Assembly: GCA_963813995.1 (NCBI GenBank) | Contig: CAWFAZ010000037.1 | Location: 7,430 to 71,429 of the forward strand | Reading direction: 5' to 3' | Length of the DNA: 64,000 nt | Source: an uncultured Verrucomicrobiae bacterium | GTDB taxonomy: Bacteria; Verrucomicrobiota; Verrucomicrobiia; Limisphaerales; Palsa-1400 | Shown here: positions 9,471 to 18,148 of the stretch, in pieces | Position numbering within the stretch: position 1 is the first letter of the stretch | Layout: each line of letters starts with the position of its first letter | Translations under genes and position numbers: made by a program | The notes under the pieces: generated by a model | The model's input: only the letters and a program-made list of their open reading frames with translations | Told to the model about the DNA's origin: nothing | Database searches by the model: none

Positions 9471-10475
9471 TCACGGTGGCTGGTGGGTTCCGTTGCCGGG
9501 GCCGCCAGCCCAATGGGCTTGCCCGGCTCGAAGGGACTCGACGGTCCACGCTTGGGGCTGAATGGAGATGCAGTAGTTAAGGTCCATTTGACCGCCGGCG
9601 GGCAGTGTCAGGGGCCGGGGAGCAAGGATTGCGGCGCAGGCAAAACGGAAGGTTCGTTTGGCCTCGTTGATCAAGTACCATGGCGCGTTCTCTCCGGCAT
9701 TGGCCTTGTCGCTGAGGATGGCCAAACCGCCCGCCACTTTTGCGCCTTGGGTAAAATTGAAGGCCACAGCGGGCGCGGCGGGACGCGCGCGATCGCTGAC
9801 AAAGTTTGTGACCGGTCCGGCGGTGGAGAGCATGGATACGGTCAAGGGCAGCGCAGCCATGCGAAAGGCCAGCCCTGCGTATCCACCGTTGGTTTGACCG
9901 CCCGGTTCGCCGGGCATGGGCGTGCGATCCAACACCACCGCTTCGTCTCCCACCACAAAATGAGCCTTCCAATTAATGGCATAAGCGCCCCCGGCGGCTG
10001 GCGCGCTGATGACGATTTCCCGCCTTTCCGTCATGTCCACCTGGTTGGAAAGATTGATGTAAGCCAGATTAAGCCGGATGGTGGCGCCGCCTTGCGGGGT
10101 CGTCTGGATGACGGGAGTGGTCCAGCGCGTTTTGCCCTCGGCATGGCCCGTGATGCGGTCCTCTTCCCAGTAATTGACGCGGTTGATATATTTCCAGGAA
10201 AACCAGAGGCCATAATGCCAGGGATGGTCTTCGGGTTTGAAATTGGTCAGGGACGGGCCTCCGGCCACGCTCAAGGGATGAAAAAAGGGCTTGCCCTTGT
10301 TCGGATCGAAATTGAACTGCCACACGACATTCGTTCCGTCGAGCCAGGCGATGGAGGTGGCATCCCGCTGCCAGTCCGCCCTCGCGGTGTTTTGGCAGAG
10401 GGCGAAAAGCAGCGGCCACAGGGAAGCCGCTTTACAATACGCGCGGAAACTTGGTAATCTCACAGGCATACACAT
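9471..10475 (-). CDS. PmoA-family protein (DUF6807-like), secreted
   Basis: The real start is taken as ATG 10475 (MCMPVRLPSFRAYCKAASLWPLLFALCQNTARA, a signal-peptide-like N-terminus). The upstream 188 aa of the 523-aa track ORF are antisense to the Gfo/Idh/MocA gene. EDHPWHYGLWFSWKYINRVNYWEE matches the conserved HP.HhG.wf..g.vng.dfW core of this family. Confidence 0.75.
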   Translation of the reverse strand: MCMPVRLPSFRAYCKAASLWPLLFALCQNTARADWQRDATSIAWLDGTNVVWQFNFDPNKGKPFFHPLSVAGGPSLTNFKPEDHPWHYGLWFSWKYINRVNYWEEDRITGHAEGKTRWTTPVIQTTPQGGATIRLNLAYINLSNQVDMTERREIVISAPAAGGAYAINWKAHFVVGDEAVVLDRTPMPGEPGGQTNGGYAGLAFRMAALPLTVSMLSTAGPVTNFVSDRARPAAPAVAFNFTQGAKVAGGLAILSDKANAGENAPWYLINEAKRTFRFACAAILAPRPLTLPAGGQMDLNYCISIQPQAWTVESLRAGQAHWAGGPGNGTHQPP

Positions 10476-10508
10476 GATACTGGCGAAAAGAATTCCCGTG
10501 GTCAAGGC

Positions 10509-11909
10509 ATGCAAATAGAGGCTTCCCGTCTGATCACGCGCCGCGATTTCCTGCGGCAGGCCGCTGTCGCTTCCGCCGCGCCGGCTTTCCCCCTGATTGT
10601 CCCCAGCCGATTGCTCGGAGCCGACGCGCCCAGCAACCGGGTGCGAGTGGGTCACATCGGATGCGGTCGGATCGCGACTGTCCACGACATGCCGGGGGTG
10701 GTCAATGCGGATTTGGCGGATGTGGTGGCGGTTTGCGACCTTGATTCCAAACGCGCGGCGGCCGGCAAGGCCACCGTTGAAAAACTGTATCGCGATCACC
10801 ACACCAAGCCGCCGGAGATCAGCGTTTATGGCGACTATCGGGAATTGCTGGGGCGCAAGGACATTGACGCGGTGGTCATCAGCCTGCCGGACCACTGGCA
10901 CGCCCAAATGGCGCTGGCGGCCACGCTTGCCGGCAAGGACATCTACCTGCAAAAGCCGTTCACCATGACCCTGGCCGAAGGCATCCTGGTGCGGGACGCG
11001 GTGGTGAAATCCGGCCGCATTTTCCAAATCGGCAGCCAGCAACGTTCCTGGGGGCCGGACTATCAGTTCCGCAAGGCTTGTGAATTTGTCCGCAGCGGAC
11101 GGGTCGGGTCATTGCAGCGCGTGGAAATCGGGCTGCCGGTTGATCCGACCGCGCCGGATGACCCGCCGCAACCCGTTCCGCCCAATCTCAATTACGACCG
11201 CTGGCTCGGGTCCGCCGAAACTGTTTATTACACCGAGCAACGCGTGCATTCGCAAACCGATGTCCTCTCCCGCCCCGGCTGGCTGCGCAACGAGTCTTAT
11301 TGCCTGGGGATGATCACCGCTTGGGGCGCGCATCATTTTGACACCGCCCATTGGGGAATGGACTGCGAATTGGGCGGTCCAGGCAAGGTCGAGGGCAAGG
11401 CGGAGTTTCCCAAAAACAAGATTTGGAACGTGCATGGTGCTTATGAGCTCGAATTGCTTTACCCGCGCGGCATTCACATGCATGTGTCGGACAGATTTCC
11501 CACCGGCATCAAATTCATCGGAGACGAAGGGTGGATATTCGTGACGCGCGAAAACACAAAAATGACCGCCGGTGATCCCAATGCCGTGCCCACCAACTTG
11601 AAGACGCTGGATGCGAGCGATCCCAAACTCCTTGATCCCAACGGCTTGAAGGTGGGATTATACCGCAGCAGCGAGCATCACAAGAACTGGCTGGAGTGCG
11701 TGAAATCGCGCCGGACGCCCGCCGCGCCGGCCAGCGTGGCGCATCGCAGCACCAGCGCGTGCATTGTGAGTTGGATCTCGATGAAACTGGGCCGGCCCCT
11801 GGCTTGGGATGCCGAAAAAGAGAGGTTCCTCAACGATGACCAGGCCAACGCTATGCTCTCCCGGCCGGAGCGCGCGCCCTATGGGGCCACGCGTCTGGCC
11901 CGGACTTGA
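10509..11909 (+). CDS. Gfo/Idh/MocA-family oxidoreductase with twin-arginine signal
   Basis: The N-terminus LITRRDFLRQAAVASAAPAF is Tat-type. VRVGHIGCGRIATVHD is the Rossmann GxGxxG region. LQKPFTMTLAEG is the EKP-like motif. Confidence 0.9.
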   Translation: MQIEASRLITRRDFLRQAAVASAAPAFPLIVPSRLLGADAPSNRVRVGHIGCGRIATVHDMPGVVNADLADVVAVCDLDSKRAAAGKATVEKLYRDHHTKPPEISVYGDYRELLGRKDIDAVVISLPDHWHAQMALAATLAGKDIYLQKPFTMTLAEGILVRDAVVKSGRIFQIGSQQRSWGPDYQFRKACEFVRSGRVGSLQRVEIGLPVDPTAPDDPPQPVPPNLNYDRWLGSAETVYYTEQRVHSQTDVLSRPGWLRNESYCLGMITAWGAHHFDTAHWGMDCELGGPGKVEGKAEFPKNKIWNVHGAYELELLYPRGIHMHVSDRFPTGIKFIGDEGWIFVTRENTKMTAGDPNAVPTNLKTLDASDPKLLDPNGLKVGLYRSSEHHKNWLECVKSRRTPAAPASVAHRSTSACIVSWISMKLGRPLAWDAEKERFLNDDQANAMLSRPERAPYGATRLART

Positions 11910-11972
11910 ACCCGTGTTTTGGGGCGGTTTCCAGAACTGGACTTTGGGCGGCCCTGATGGCACTTTGCAGCC

Positions 11973-12806
11973 GTGTCTTTGAAGAAGCTGGAACAACTCC
12001 AAAACTTGCTGCGCTCCTACGGGTCTTGCCTGGTGGCTTACTCCGGGGGCGTGGATTCAGCTTTTCTGGCTTATGTGGCGCATCAGGTGTTGGGCGAAAA
12101 ATCCCTGGCAGTGCTGGCGGATTCACCCAGCCTGCCGCGGCGCGAACTGGAAGAGGCGGTGGCCGTTGCCAAACAATTTACGATTCCGTTGCGGATTGTC
12201 GAGACGGAGGAATTTGACAATCCCGACTACCTGGCCAATCCAAATAATCGCTGTTACTTTTGCAAACACGAACTTTTCACCCGATTGGAGCCGCTGGCTC
12301 TAAATGAAAATTTTGCCGTCATCGCCTATGGCGAAAATGCCAGCGACGCGGGCGATCACCGGCCCGGGGCGAAAGCGGCCGGAGAATTCCAGGTGCGCGC
12401 GCCGTTGAAGGAGGCCGGACTGACCAAGAGCGAGATTCGCGCCTTGTCCGCGCAGCTTGGCCTGCCCACGGCGGACAAGCCGCAGATGGCTTGCCTGAGT
12501 TCCCGCGTGCCTTACGGCGAGCCGGTCACGCCGGAGAAATTGAGCATGATTGAACAGGCGGAATATGTCCTGCGCGATCTGGGTTTTTATGATTTGCGCG
12601 TGCGCCATCACGAGTTGCAAGGGCAGGGGACCACGCTGCATTTGGCCCGCATCGAAGTCGGTGTGGATGAAATGCCCAAGTTTTTAAGCGGCGATGCCTT
12701 CAGCCGCGTGGCGGAAGCGCTGAAGAAGATCGGTTACGCGCACGTCACGCTCGATTTGCAAGGTTATCGCCGCGGCAGCACAAATGAAGCAAGGATTAAG
12801 AATTAA
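11973..12806 (+). CDS. larE: PP-loop ATP pyrophosphatase, LarE-type sulfur transferase family
   Basis: VAYSGGVDSAFLA is the SGGxDS PP-loop. NRCYFCKHELF and MACLSSRVPYGEPVT (conserved Cys-containing loop) fit the TIGR00268/LarE family. GTG start. No larB or larC is nearby. Confidence 0.75.
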   Translation: MSLKKLEQLQNLLRSYGSCLVAYSGGVDSAFLAYVAHQVLGEKSLAVLADSPSLPRRELEEAVAVAKQFTIPLRIVETEEFDNPDYLANPNNRCYFCKHELFTRLEPLALNENFAVIAYGENASDAGDHRPGAKAAGEFQVRAPLKEAGLTKSEIRALSAQLGLPTADKPQMACLSSRVPYGEPVTPEKLSMIEQAEYVLRDLGFYDLRVRHHELQGQGTTLHLARIEVGVDEMPKFLSGDAFSRVAEALKKIGYAHVTLDLQGYRRGSTNEARIKN

Positions 12807-12818
12807 GCGAAGGCCAAA

Positions 12819-14306
12819 ATGAAGTTCATTCACGAGAAATTCCTGTTGCATAATCCAACCGGCCTGCGCCTTTACCGGGAGTTTGCCGAGTTGGAGCCGA
12901 TTTTCGATTATCATTGCCACCTCTCGCCGCGTGACATCGCGGAAGACCGCCAGTTCAGAAACCTTTGCGAAATCTGGCTGGAGGGCGACCATTACAAATG
13001 GCGCGCCATGCGGGCCAACGGCGTGGCGGAAACATTTTGCACCGGCCCGGCCGAGCCGTTCGCCAAGTTCCGCGCCTGGGCGGCGACGGTCCCGCATACA
13101 TTGCGCAATCCTCTTTATCATTGGACTCATCTGGAGTTGAAACGTTATTTCGGAATCGACGAGTTGCTGGATGAAGCGAGCGCGGCGCCCATCTGGAAGC
13201 AAGCCAATGAACAATTGGCCGGTCCGGAGTTGAGCGCGCGGGGCATTCTCAAAAAGTTCAACGTCAAAACGCTTTGCACAACCGACGATCCAACGGACGA
13301 TCTAAAGCATCACGAAAAGATCGCCGCCGACGGCTTGTCCACCCGGGTGTTCCCGGCGTTCCGTCCGGACAAGGGGCTGGCCGTCGATCAACCGGTTCCA
13401 TTCAATGCCTGGATCGCGCGGCTGGAACAGGCGGCGGGCGGCGCGATCGGCGATTTGCAGGAGTTTCTCGACGCCTTGCGCCGCCGTCATGAATATTTTC
13501 ACGCCAGGGGTTGCCGATTGTCCGACCACGGGCTTAACCAGTGTTTCGCCACGCCTTGCACCGCCAAATCCGCCGCCGCGGTTTTCAGCAAGGCGCGCCG
13601 CGGCCAGGCGGCTTCGGCTGAAGAGCACGCGCAATTTGCGACGTTCATGATGTTGTTCTTTGGCTGGCTTGACGCGGAGAAAGGCTGGGTCAAACAATTG
13701 CACCTCGGGGCGTTGCGCAACAGTAATTCCCGGCGCCTGCGCCAACTCGGGCCGGACACCGGGTTCGATTCCATGGGCGATTTTCCCCAGGCGCAGGCCC
13801 TGGCCGGTTTTCTCGACCTGTTGGAGCGCGAGGGGGCATTGCCCAAAATGATTCTTTACAATAACAATCCGGCGGACAATTACCTGCTGGCCACGATGGC
13901 GGGCAGTTTCCAGGATGGCCTCGCGCCGGGTAAAATCCAGTTCGGCGCCGGTTGGTGGTTTCTGGACCAGAAGGAAGGGATCGAATGGCAATTGAACGCA
14001 TTGTCCAACATCGGATTGCTGTCGCGCTTCATTGGCATGGTGACCGATTCCCGCTCCTTCATGTCCTACCCGCGTCATGAATATTTTCGCCGGGTCTTGT
14101 GCGATCTCATCGGGCGCGAAATGGAGCAGGGGGAACTGCCCGACGACGAAATGCTGCTGGGCACGATGATCCGCAACATCTGTTACGGCAACGCGCGGAA
14201 TTACTTTCCGCTGCCGGCCACGGGCGATCCCGCCGCCAGCCCGGCCCGGGCCGCCGCGCCCAAACCCGGCGCCCGGCACGAAGCGCGCCGCCGCCAGCCC
14301 CGCTAA
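12819..14306 (+). CDS. uxaC: Glucuronate isomerase
   Basis: FIHEKFLLHNPTGLRLYREFAELEPIFDYHCHLSPRDIAEDRQFRNLCEIWLEGDHYKWRAMRANGV is near-canonical UxaC. It carries about 30 extra A/P/R-rich residues at the C-terminus. Confidence 0.95.
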   Translation: MKFIHEKFLLHNPTGLRLYREFAELEPIFDYHCHLSPRDIAEDRQFRNLCEIWLEGDHYKWRAMRANGVAETFCTGPAEPFAKFRAWAATVPHTLRNPLYHWTHLELKRYFGIDELLDEASAAPIWKQANEQLAGPELSARGILKKFNVKTLCTTDDPTDDLKHHEKIAADGLSTRVFPAFRPDKGLAVDQPVPFNAWIARLEQAAGGAIGDLQEFLDALRRRHEYFHARGCRLSDHGLNQCFATPCTAKSAAAVFSKARRGQAASAEEHAQFATFMMLFFGWLDAEKGWVKQLHLGALRNSNSRRLRQLGPDTGFDSMGDFPQAQALAGFLDLLEREGALPKMILYNNNPADNYLLATMAGSFQDGLAPGKIQFGAGWWFLDQKEGIEWQLNALSNIGLLSRFIGMVTDSRSFMSYPRHEYFRRVLCDLIGREMEQGELPDDEMLLGTMIRNICYGNARNYFPLPATGDPAASPARAAAPKPGARHEARRRQPR

Positions 14307-14328
14307 GTTTGGATACTCTTGCCGGGCG

Positions 14329-14997
14329 ATGAACTTCGTTCCCTTGCCCCAGTCTTTTTACGAGCCATCGGCCGAGGCGGTGGCCCCGCGGTTATTGGGC
14401 CAATGGTTGATTCGCAAAACTGCCGGCGGTTTCTGCGGCGGACCGATTGTGGAAACGGAGGCTTATCTGGCGGAGGATCCCGCTTCTCATGGATTTGGCG
14501 GCGAAACGGCGCGCAACCGCGCCATGTACGGTCCGCCCGGACGCGCTTATGTCTATTTGATTTACGGTTTCCATTTTTGCGTGAATGCCGTCTGCCGGCG
14601 CGCGGGACGCGCAGAAGCGGTGCTGATCCGGGCCATCGAGGCCGAATATGGCGAAGGTTTGATGCGTAACAACCGGCCGGCGGCCAAACCCATTTCATTG
14701 ACCAACGGCCCCGGAAAACTTTGCGCGGCGCTGGCCATTGATCGCAAACTCGACGGGACGGATCTTTGCGACGGCCAGGCGGAACTGTTCGTTGCCGTCA
14801 ATCCCAACCTGAAACTGTTCCGGAAGGAACGCGGCCCGATTATTACGACAACGCGCATTGGGATAAGGCGGGCGGCCCATTTGCGCCTGCGTTTTTACCT
14901 GGGCGGCAGCGCGTTTATTTCGCGGCGTATTCGCCCGCCCTTGCCGCAATCCATCGCACCACCCGATTCGACAAACCCGGCGCCCACAAAACACTAA
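14329..14997 (+). CDS. mpg: DNA-3-methyladenine glycosylase (Mpg/AAG family)
   Basis: IVETEAYLAEDPASHGFGGETARNRAMYGPPGRAYVYLIYGFHFCVNAV and NGPGKLCAALAID are hallmark Mpg motifs. The C-terminal tail overlaps the convergent hydrolase gene. Confidence 0.9.
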   Translation: MNFVPLPQSFYEPSAEAVAPRLLGQWLIRKTAGGFCGGPIVETEAYLAEDPASHGFGGETARNRAMYGPPGRAYVYLIYGFHFCVNAVCRRAGRAEAVLIRAIEAEYGEGLMRNNRPAAKPISLTNGPGKLCAALAIDRKLDGTDLCDGQAELFVAVNPNLKLFRKERGPIITTTRIGIRRAAHLRLRFYLGGSAFISRRIRPPLPQSIAPPDSTNPAPTKH

Positions 14998-15868
14998 TGT
15001 GCCCGCTTCGATAACGCCAAATCTCGGGCTTGTCCCAGGCGCGCCAGAGGTCTTCGACGGTTTCTTTGGCCACGAATAAATCCTGTTCCGCTTCGACCAG
15101 CAAAATGTTCCCCCCGGCAATGACCGGGCGGTTGGACACCAGGTTTAATCTGTGCAAATCAACGCGCCGGTCTTGCAAGGCGCAACGAATGGTTTCGCAG
15201 AAGGCCGCTTCTTCGATCAACCTGTCAAGACGCGCGACCGGCACGGTCAACACGGCGGAGCCAATGCGCGAGTCATGGCAAAGAGTCAGTCCGGCAAGCC
15301 ATGCGCCCATCGAAACACCCCAGAGTCCGACAAAGGGACACGCTTGCTCCGTCAGCCAGTCGATGAAGGACCGAATCTCCGTCATGGCCTGAAGGGTTGC
15401 TTCGACCGTGTGCAGGACATCGGCGCAAAGGAAATTTCCCCAGGCGCCAAGCTCAGGCGGACGGCGATCAAATTGCCAGGGCAACTGCAGCGTCGCCGCG
15501 CTGAGGCCCATTTGGTTCAATTGCCGGGCGTGGCGGGGAAAGAAGAAATGATGATTCAAAGAGTCATTCCAGCCATGCAGAAGCAGAATCACCGGTTTTT
15601 GCCGCCAACGATCGTCGCACCGATACAAACGGCCATGAACAACATTGTTCACAGCGTGCGCGCTGGGTCGCGGACTGGCAAAACGGAAGTTTGCCGGGCC
15701 GGCGAACTCGATGGCAGCGGGCTTCATTTCGGCCGGGGAGAAATCGAGGTTTTGCAGCAAACGTTGGGCTTCTTCCAGGTGCAGGTCCCTCCCGTCGGGT
15801 TTCGGCATGCGGGCCGCGGCATGGTGAATGGCCACGCGGTCAATCCATTGGCAAAAAAAAGGAATCAT
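14915..15868 (-). CDS. Alpha/beta-fold hydrolase
   Basis: LLLHGWNDS (oxyanion region) and GVSMGAWLAG (GxSxG nucleophile elbow). 317-aa ORF. Confidence 0.75.
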   Translation of the reverse strand: MIPFFCQWIDRVAIHHAAARMPKPDGRDLHLEEAQRLLQNLDFSPAEMKPAAIEFAGPANFRFASPRPSAHAVNNVVHGRLYRCDDRWRQKPVILLLHGWNDSLNHHFFFPRHARQLNQMGLSAATLQLPWQFDRRPPELGAWGNFLCADVLHTVEATLQAMTEIRSFIDWLTEQACPFVGLWGVSMGAWLAGLTLCHDSRIGSAVLTVPVARLDRLIEEAAFCETIRCALQDRRVDLHRLNLVSNRPVIAGGNILLVEAEQDLFVAKETVEDLWRAWDKPEIWRYRSGHISVLWAPGLSNRVVRWIAARAGEYAAK

Positions 15869-15944
15869 CGGACGCCAGCCAAATTTTTATGTGTTGTGTT
15901 CAACGTCTTCTCACTCTATCACAAGCAACTGATTTGAAACCCAA

Positions 15945-16559
15945 TTGAATACTAAATCCAGCCCAGTCCCCGCCAGCCTGCTCGTTTCCCTGGAGACGAT
16001 TGTCGAGCCGTTGAACCCCGGCAAATTGTTTTTGCGCCCGCAGCCTTTGCAAGTTGAATTGGGCAGCGGCGACGGCTCGTTTTTGGCGCAATACGCGGCG
16101 CTGCATCCGGAGTGGAACTTCATCGGGGTGGAACGGCTGCTCGGCCGCCTGCGAAAAATCGAACGGAAAGGACAGCGGGCGGGCCTGGCCAATATGAAGG
16201 GAGTAAGAATCGAAGCGTCGTATTTCCTCGAGTATCTGCTGCCGAAAAAATCGGTCACAGCCCTTCACATCTATTTCCCGGACCCCTGGCCGAAGCGAAA
16301 ACATCGCAAGCACCGGCTGATCAACGAACGCTTTCCCCTGCTGGCCTGCGCGGCGCTGGTTCCGGGCGGCGCGGTTTATTTGCGCACGGACGACGCGGAT
16401 TATTTCGCGCAAATGAAAGCCGTGTTCGAGGCCTGCCCCGCGTTCGCGCCAATCCTGACGCCGCAGTCCCTGTCGGAAGTATTGACTGATTTCGAACGCG
16501 ATTTTCTGGCGCGGGGAATCCAAACCCTGCGTTTGGCCTGGCAGTTGGCAGGCCCTTAA
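15945..16559 (+). CDS. trmB: tRNA (guanine-N7)-methyltransferase
   Basis: VELGSGDGSFLAQYA (SAM-binding motif) and IYFPDPWPKRKHRKHRLI (TrmB signature). The TTG start is uncertain. Confidence 0.9.
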   Translation: MNTKSSPVPASLLVSLETIVEPLNPGKLFLRPQPLQVELGSGDGSFLAQYAALHPEWNFIGVERLLGRLRKIERKGQRAGLANMKGVRIEASYFLEYLLPKKSVTALHIYFPDPWPKRKHRKHRLINERFPLLACAALVPGGAVYLRTDDADYFAQMKAVFEACPAFAPILTPQSLSEVLTDFERDFLARGIQTLRLAWQLAGP

Positions 16560-16564
16560 ATGGC

Positions 16565-17113
16565 TCACGCAGGCATCATGCCGGTTTTGCGGGCGTAATT
16601 GAACAATCCTCCCGCATCCACCACCGGACGCACGTCGCCCAGCGGCTTCAGCGAATGGACCTTTCCGCTGGACTGCACCGTCAACGTTTCCTTGTCCAGG
16701 TCCACCGTGACCACGTCGCCCGTCTTCAATTCATCACACAGGCGATCCGGGCATTCGCATGGATAAAGCTCGCCCGTGGCCACGCTGTTCCTGAAAAAAA
16801 TCCGCGCAAAACTTTCGGCCACCACCGCCTTGCATCCGGCCGAGCCGAGCGCAATCGGCGCGTGTTCCCGCGAACTGCCGCAGCCGAAATTCCGCCCCCC
16901 GACGACAATCGGATACTCGCTGTCGAGTGCGCCCGGCTTGACGTAGCGTTGCGGGTAGAGGGAATCCGGCAGGCCGGCCAAAGCGTGGCTGCCGAGTTTT
17001 TCATACTCGTCCGGCAGGGTTGGAATCAGGTTCAAATACTCCGCGGGAATGATTTGATCGGTGTCGATGTTGTCGCGCACCACATATACAGGCCCTGTAA
17101 ATACAGATTGCAT
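16565..17113 (-). CDS. leuD: 3-isopropylmalate dehydratase small subunit (short, LeuD type 2 / aconitase swivel domain)
   Basis: VRDNIDTDQIIPAEYL and GGRNFGCGSSREHAPIALGSAGCKAVVAESFARIFFRN are canonical. No large subunit is adjacent. Confidence 0.85.
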   Translation of the reverse strand: MQSVFTGPVYVVRDNIDTDQIIPAEYLNLIPTLPDEYEKLGSHALAGLPDSLYPQRYVKPGALDSEYPIVVGGRNFGCGSSREHAPIALGSAGCKAVVAESFARIFFRNSVATGELYPCECPDRLCDELKTGDVVTVDLDKETLTVQSSGKVHSLKPLGDVRPVVDAGGLFNYARKTGMMPA

Positions 17114-17157
17114 GACTGAATTTTGCCACCGCCGCCGCCGCTAATCAATGAGATTTA

Positions 17158-17838
17158 TCAGCGGCGCGCAAACCGCTTTCGCGCGCCAAAAAGCAGCCCG
17201 CCAATCGCGGTCAGCCCAACAATGCTTGGTTCAGGACTGGGGACGGTTGTGGAAAAGGAGATGTCATCAATTTCCCAGTTGTTTAAGCCAAGAGAGCCTA
17301 ACAAGGCTGAGAATGTCAGTTGTTCGCTATCTCCAGCCCATGCCGAAATATTTGCACCGTACAGTGTGTAGTTTGCTCCGGATCCGACCGCCGTAAACGG
17401 AATGTTTTGGCCACCTATCGAAATGTCCAATGGTCCGGTGCCTGGCTGTGCCTCAAAAAGCAGAGACTGCATGCCCGACCGAATCATGCCAGTTTGGCTT
17501 ATTGAGGCAGCTGAGGCCGTGAGGCCGCCTTGCAACAAGACACTATAGTTTCCATCAATAGAGGTACCGTAATCGTCACCTGGACCCACCAGGGAAACCC
17601 ATGTAGCCCCAAGGGAAGGATCGTTATAGCTAATTTCTGTCTGTTGGGCAGTGCCATAACTAACCGTCCAGAAAGGCAGCGCACTCGCGACGGTGACGAA
17701 GCTAGGATATTCAGGGTTTCCGGCAGAGATCGGATGCGCCAGCTCAAAATTAAGGTTTGCAAAGGTGCCTTGTGCCTGAGCCGACAACACGGCGGGAAGA
17801 ACGACTGAGGATGCGGCAATTAGTTTTTCGATTTTCAC
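17158..17838 (-). CDS. PEP-CTERM sorting-domain surface protein
   Basis: The C-terminus VPSPEPSIVGLTAIGGLLFGARKRFARR is a PEP motif, TM helix and basic tail. A signal peptide follows a GTG start at 17838 (VKIEKLIAASSVVLPAVLSAQAQG). It is a paralog of the disrupted gene immediately upstream. Confidence 0.8.
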   Translation of the reverse strand: MKIEKLIAASSVVLPAVLSAQAQGTFANLNFELAHPISAGNPEYPSFVTVASALPFWTVSYGTAQQTEISYNDPSLGATWVSLVGPGDDYGTSIDGNYSVLLQGGLTASAASISQTGMIRSGMQSLLFEAQPGTGPLDISIGGQNIPFTAVGSGANYTLYGANISAWAGDSEQLTFSALLGSLGLNNWEIDDISFSTTVPSPEPSIVGLTAIGGLLFGARKRFARR

Positions 17839-18139
17839 GGAATTATCTGCGCCGCGCAAACCACTTGCGCGCGCCAAAAAGCAGCCCGCCAATCGCCGAC
17901 AGCGTAACCATGTTTGGTTCAGGACTGAGGACAGTTGTTGAGAAGGTAATGTCGTCGAATTCGGTCCAACTGGGTGCGCCAGTGGCTATGGAGGTAAACT
18001 TGAGTTGCCCTGTCTGGCCAGCGTAAGGTGCTATATTGGCACCATACACATCATAGTCTTGTCCGGATGGGGTTTGATCGGAAGACACTACAACCGGCGA
18101 CAAATTGTTGCCAGCGAAAGACACCGAAAAAGCTTCATT

Positions 18140-18148
18140 AACTGACGG
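18140..18148. repeat. Target-site duplication (left copy) of the IS
   Basis: AACTGACGG directly abuts the left IR. An identical copy is at 19468-19476. Confidence 0.9.

Noticed and set aside
9211-9561. 116-aa plus-strand ORF in the lower-GC gap after the aldolase-like gene
   Set aside because: No motif was recognised. The 3' third overlaps the end of the PmoA-family gene and becomes G/P/W-rich. It could be a small accessory gene, but the evidence is insufficient.
10476-11042. N-terminal 188 aa of the 523-aa track ORF 9471..11042
   Set aside because: This part is antisense to the Gfo/Idh/MocA gene and is low-complexity. The PmoA-family homology and a signal peptide begin at ATG 10475.
13761-13772. 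GGGTTCGATTCC, a tRNA T-arm-like motif
   Set aside because: It lies inside uxaC. The flanking bases cannot form a T-stem or acceptor stem, so it is coincidental.
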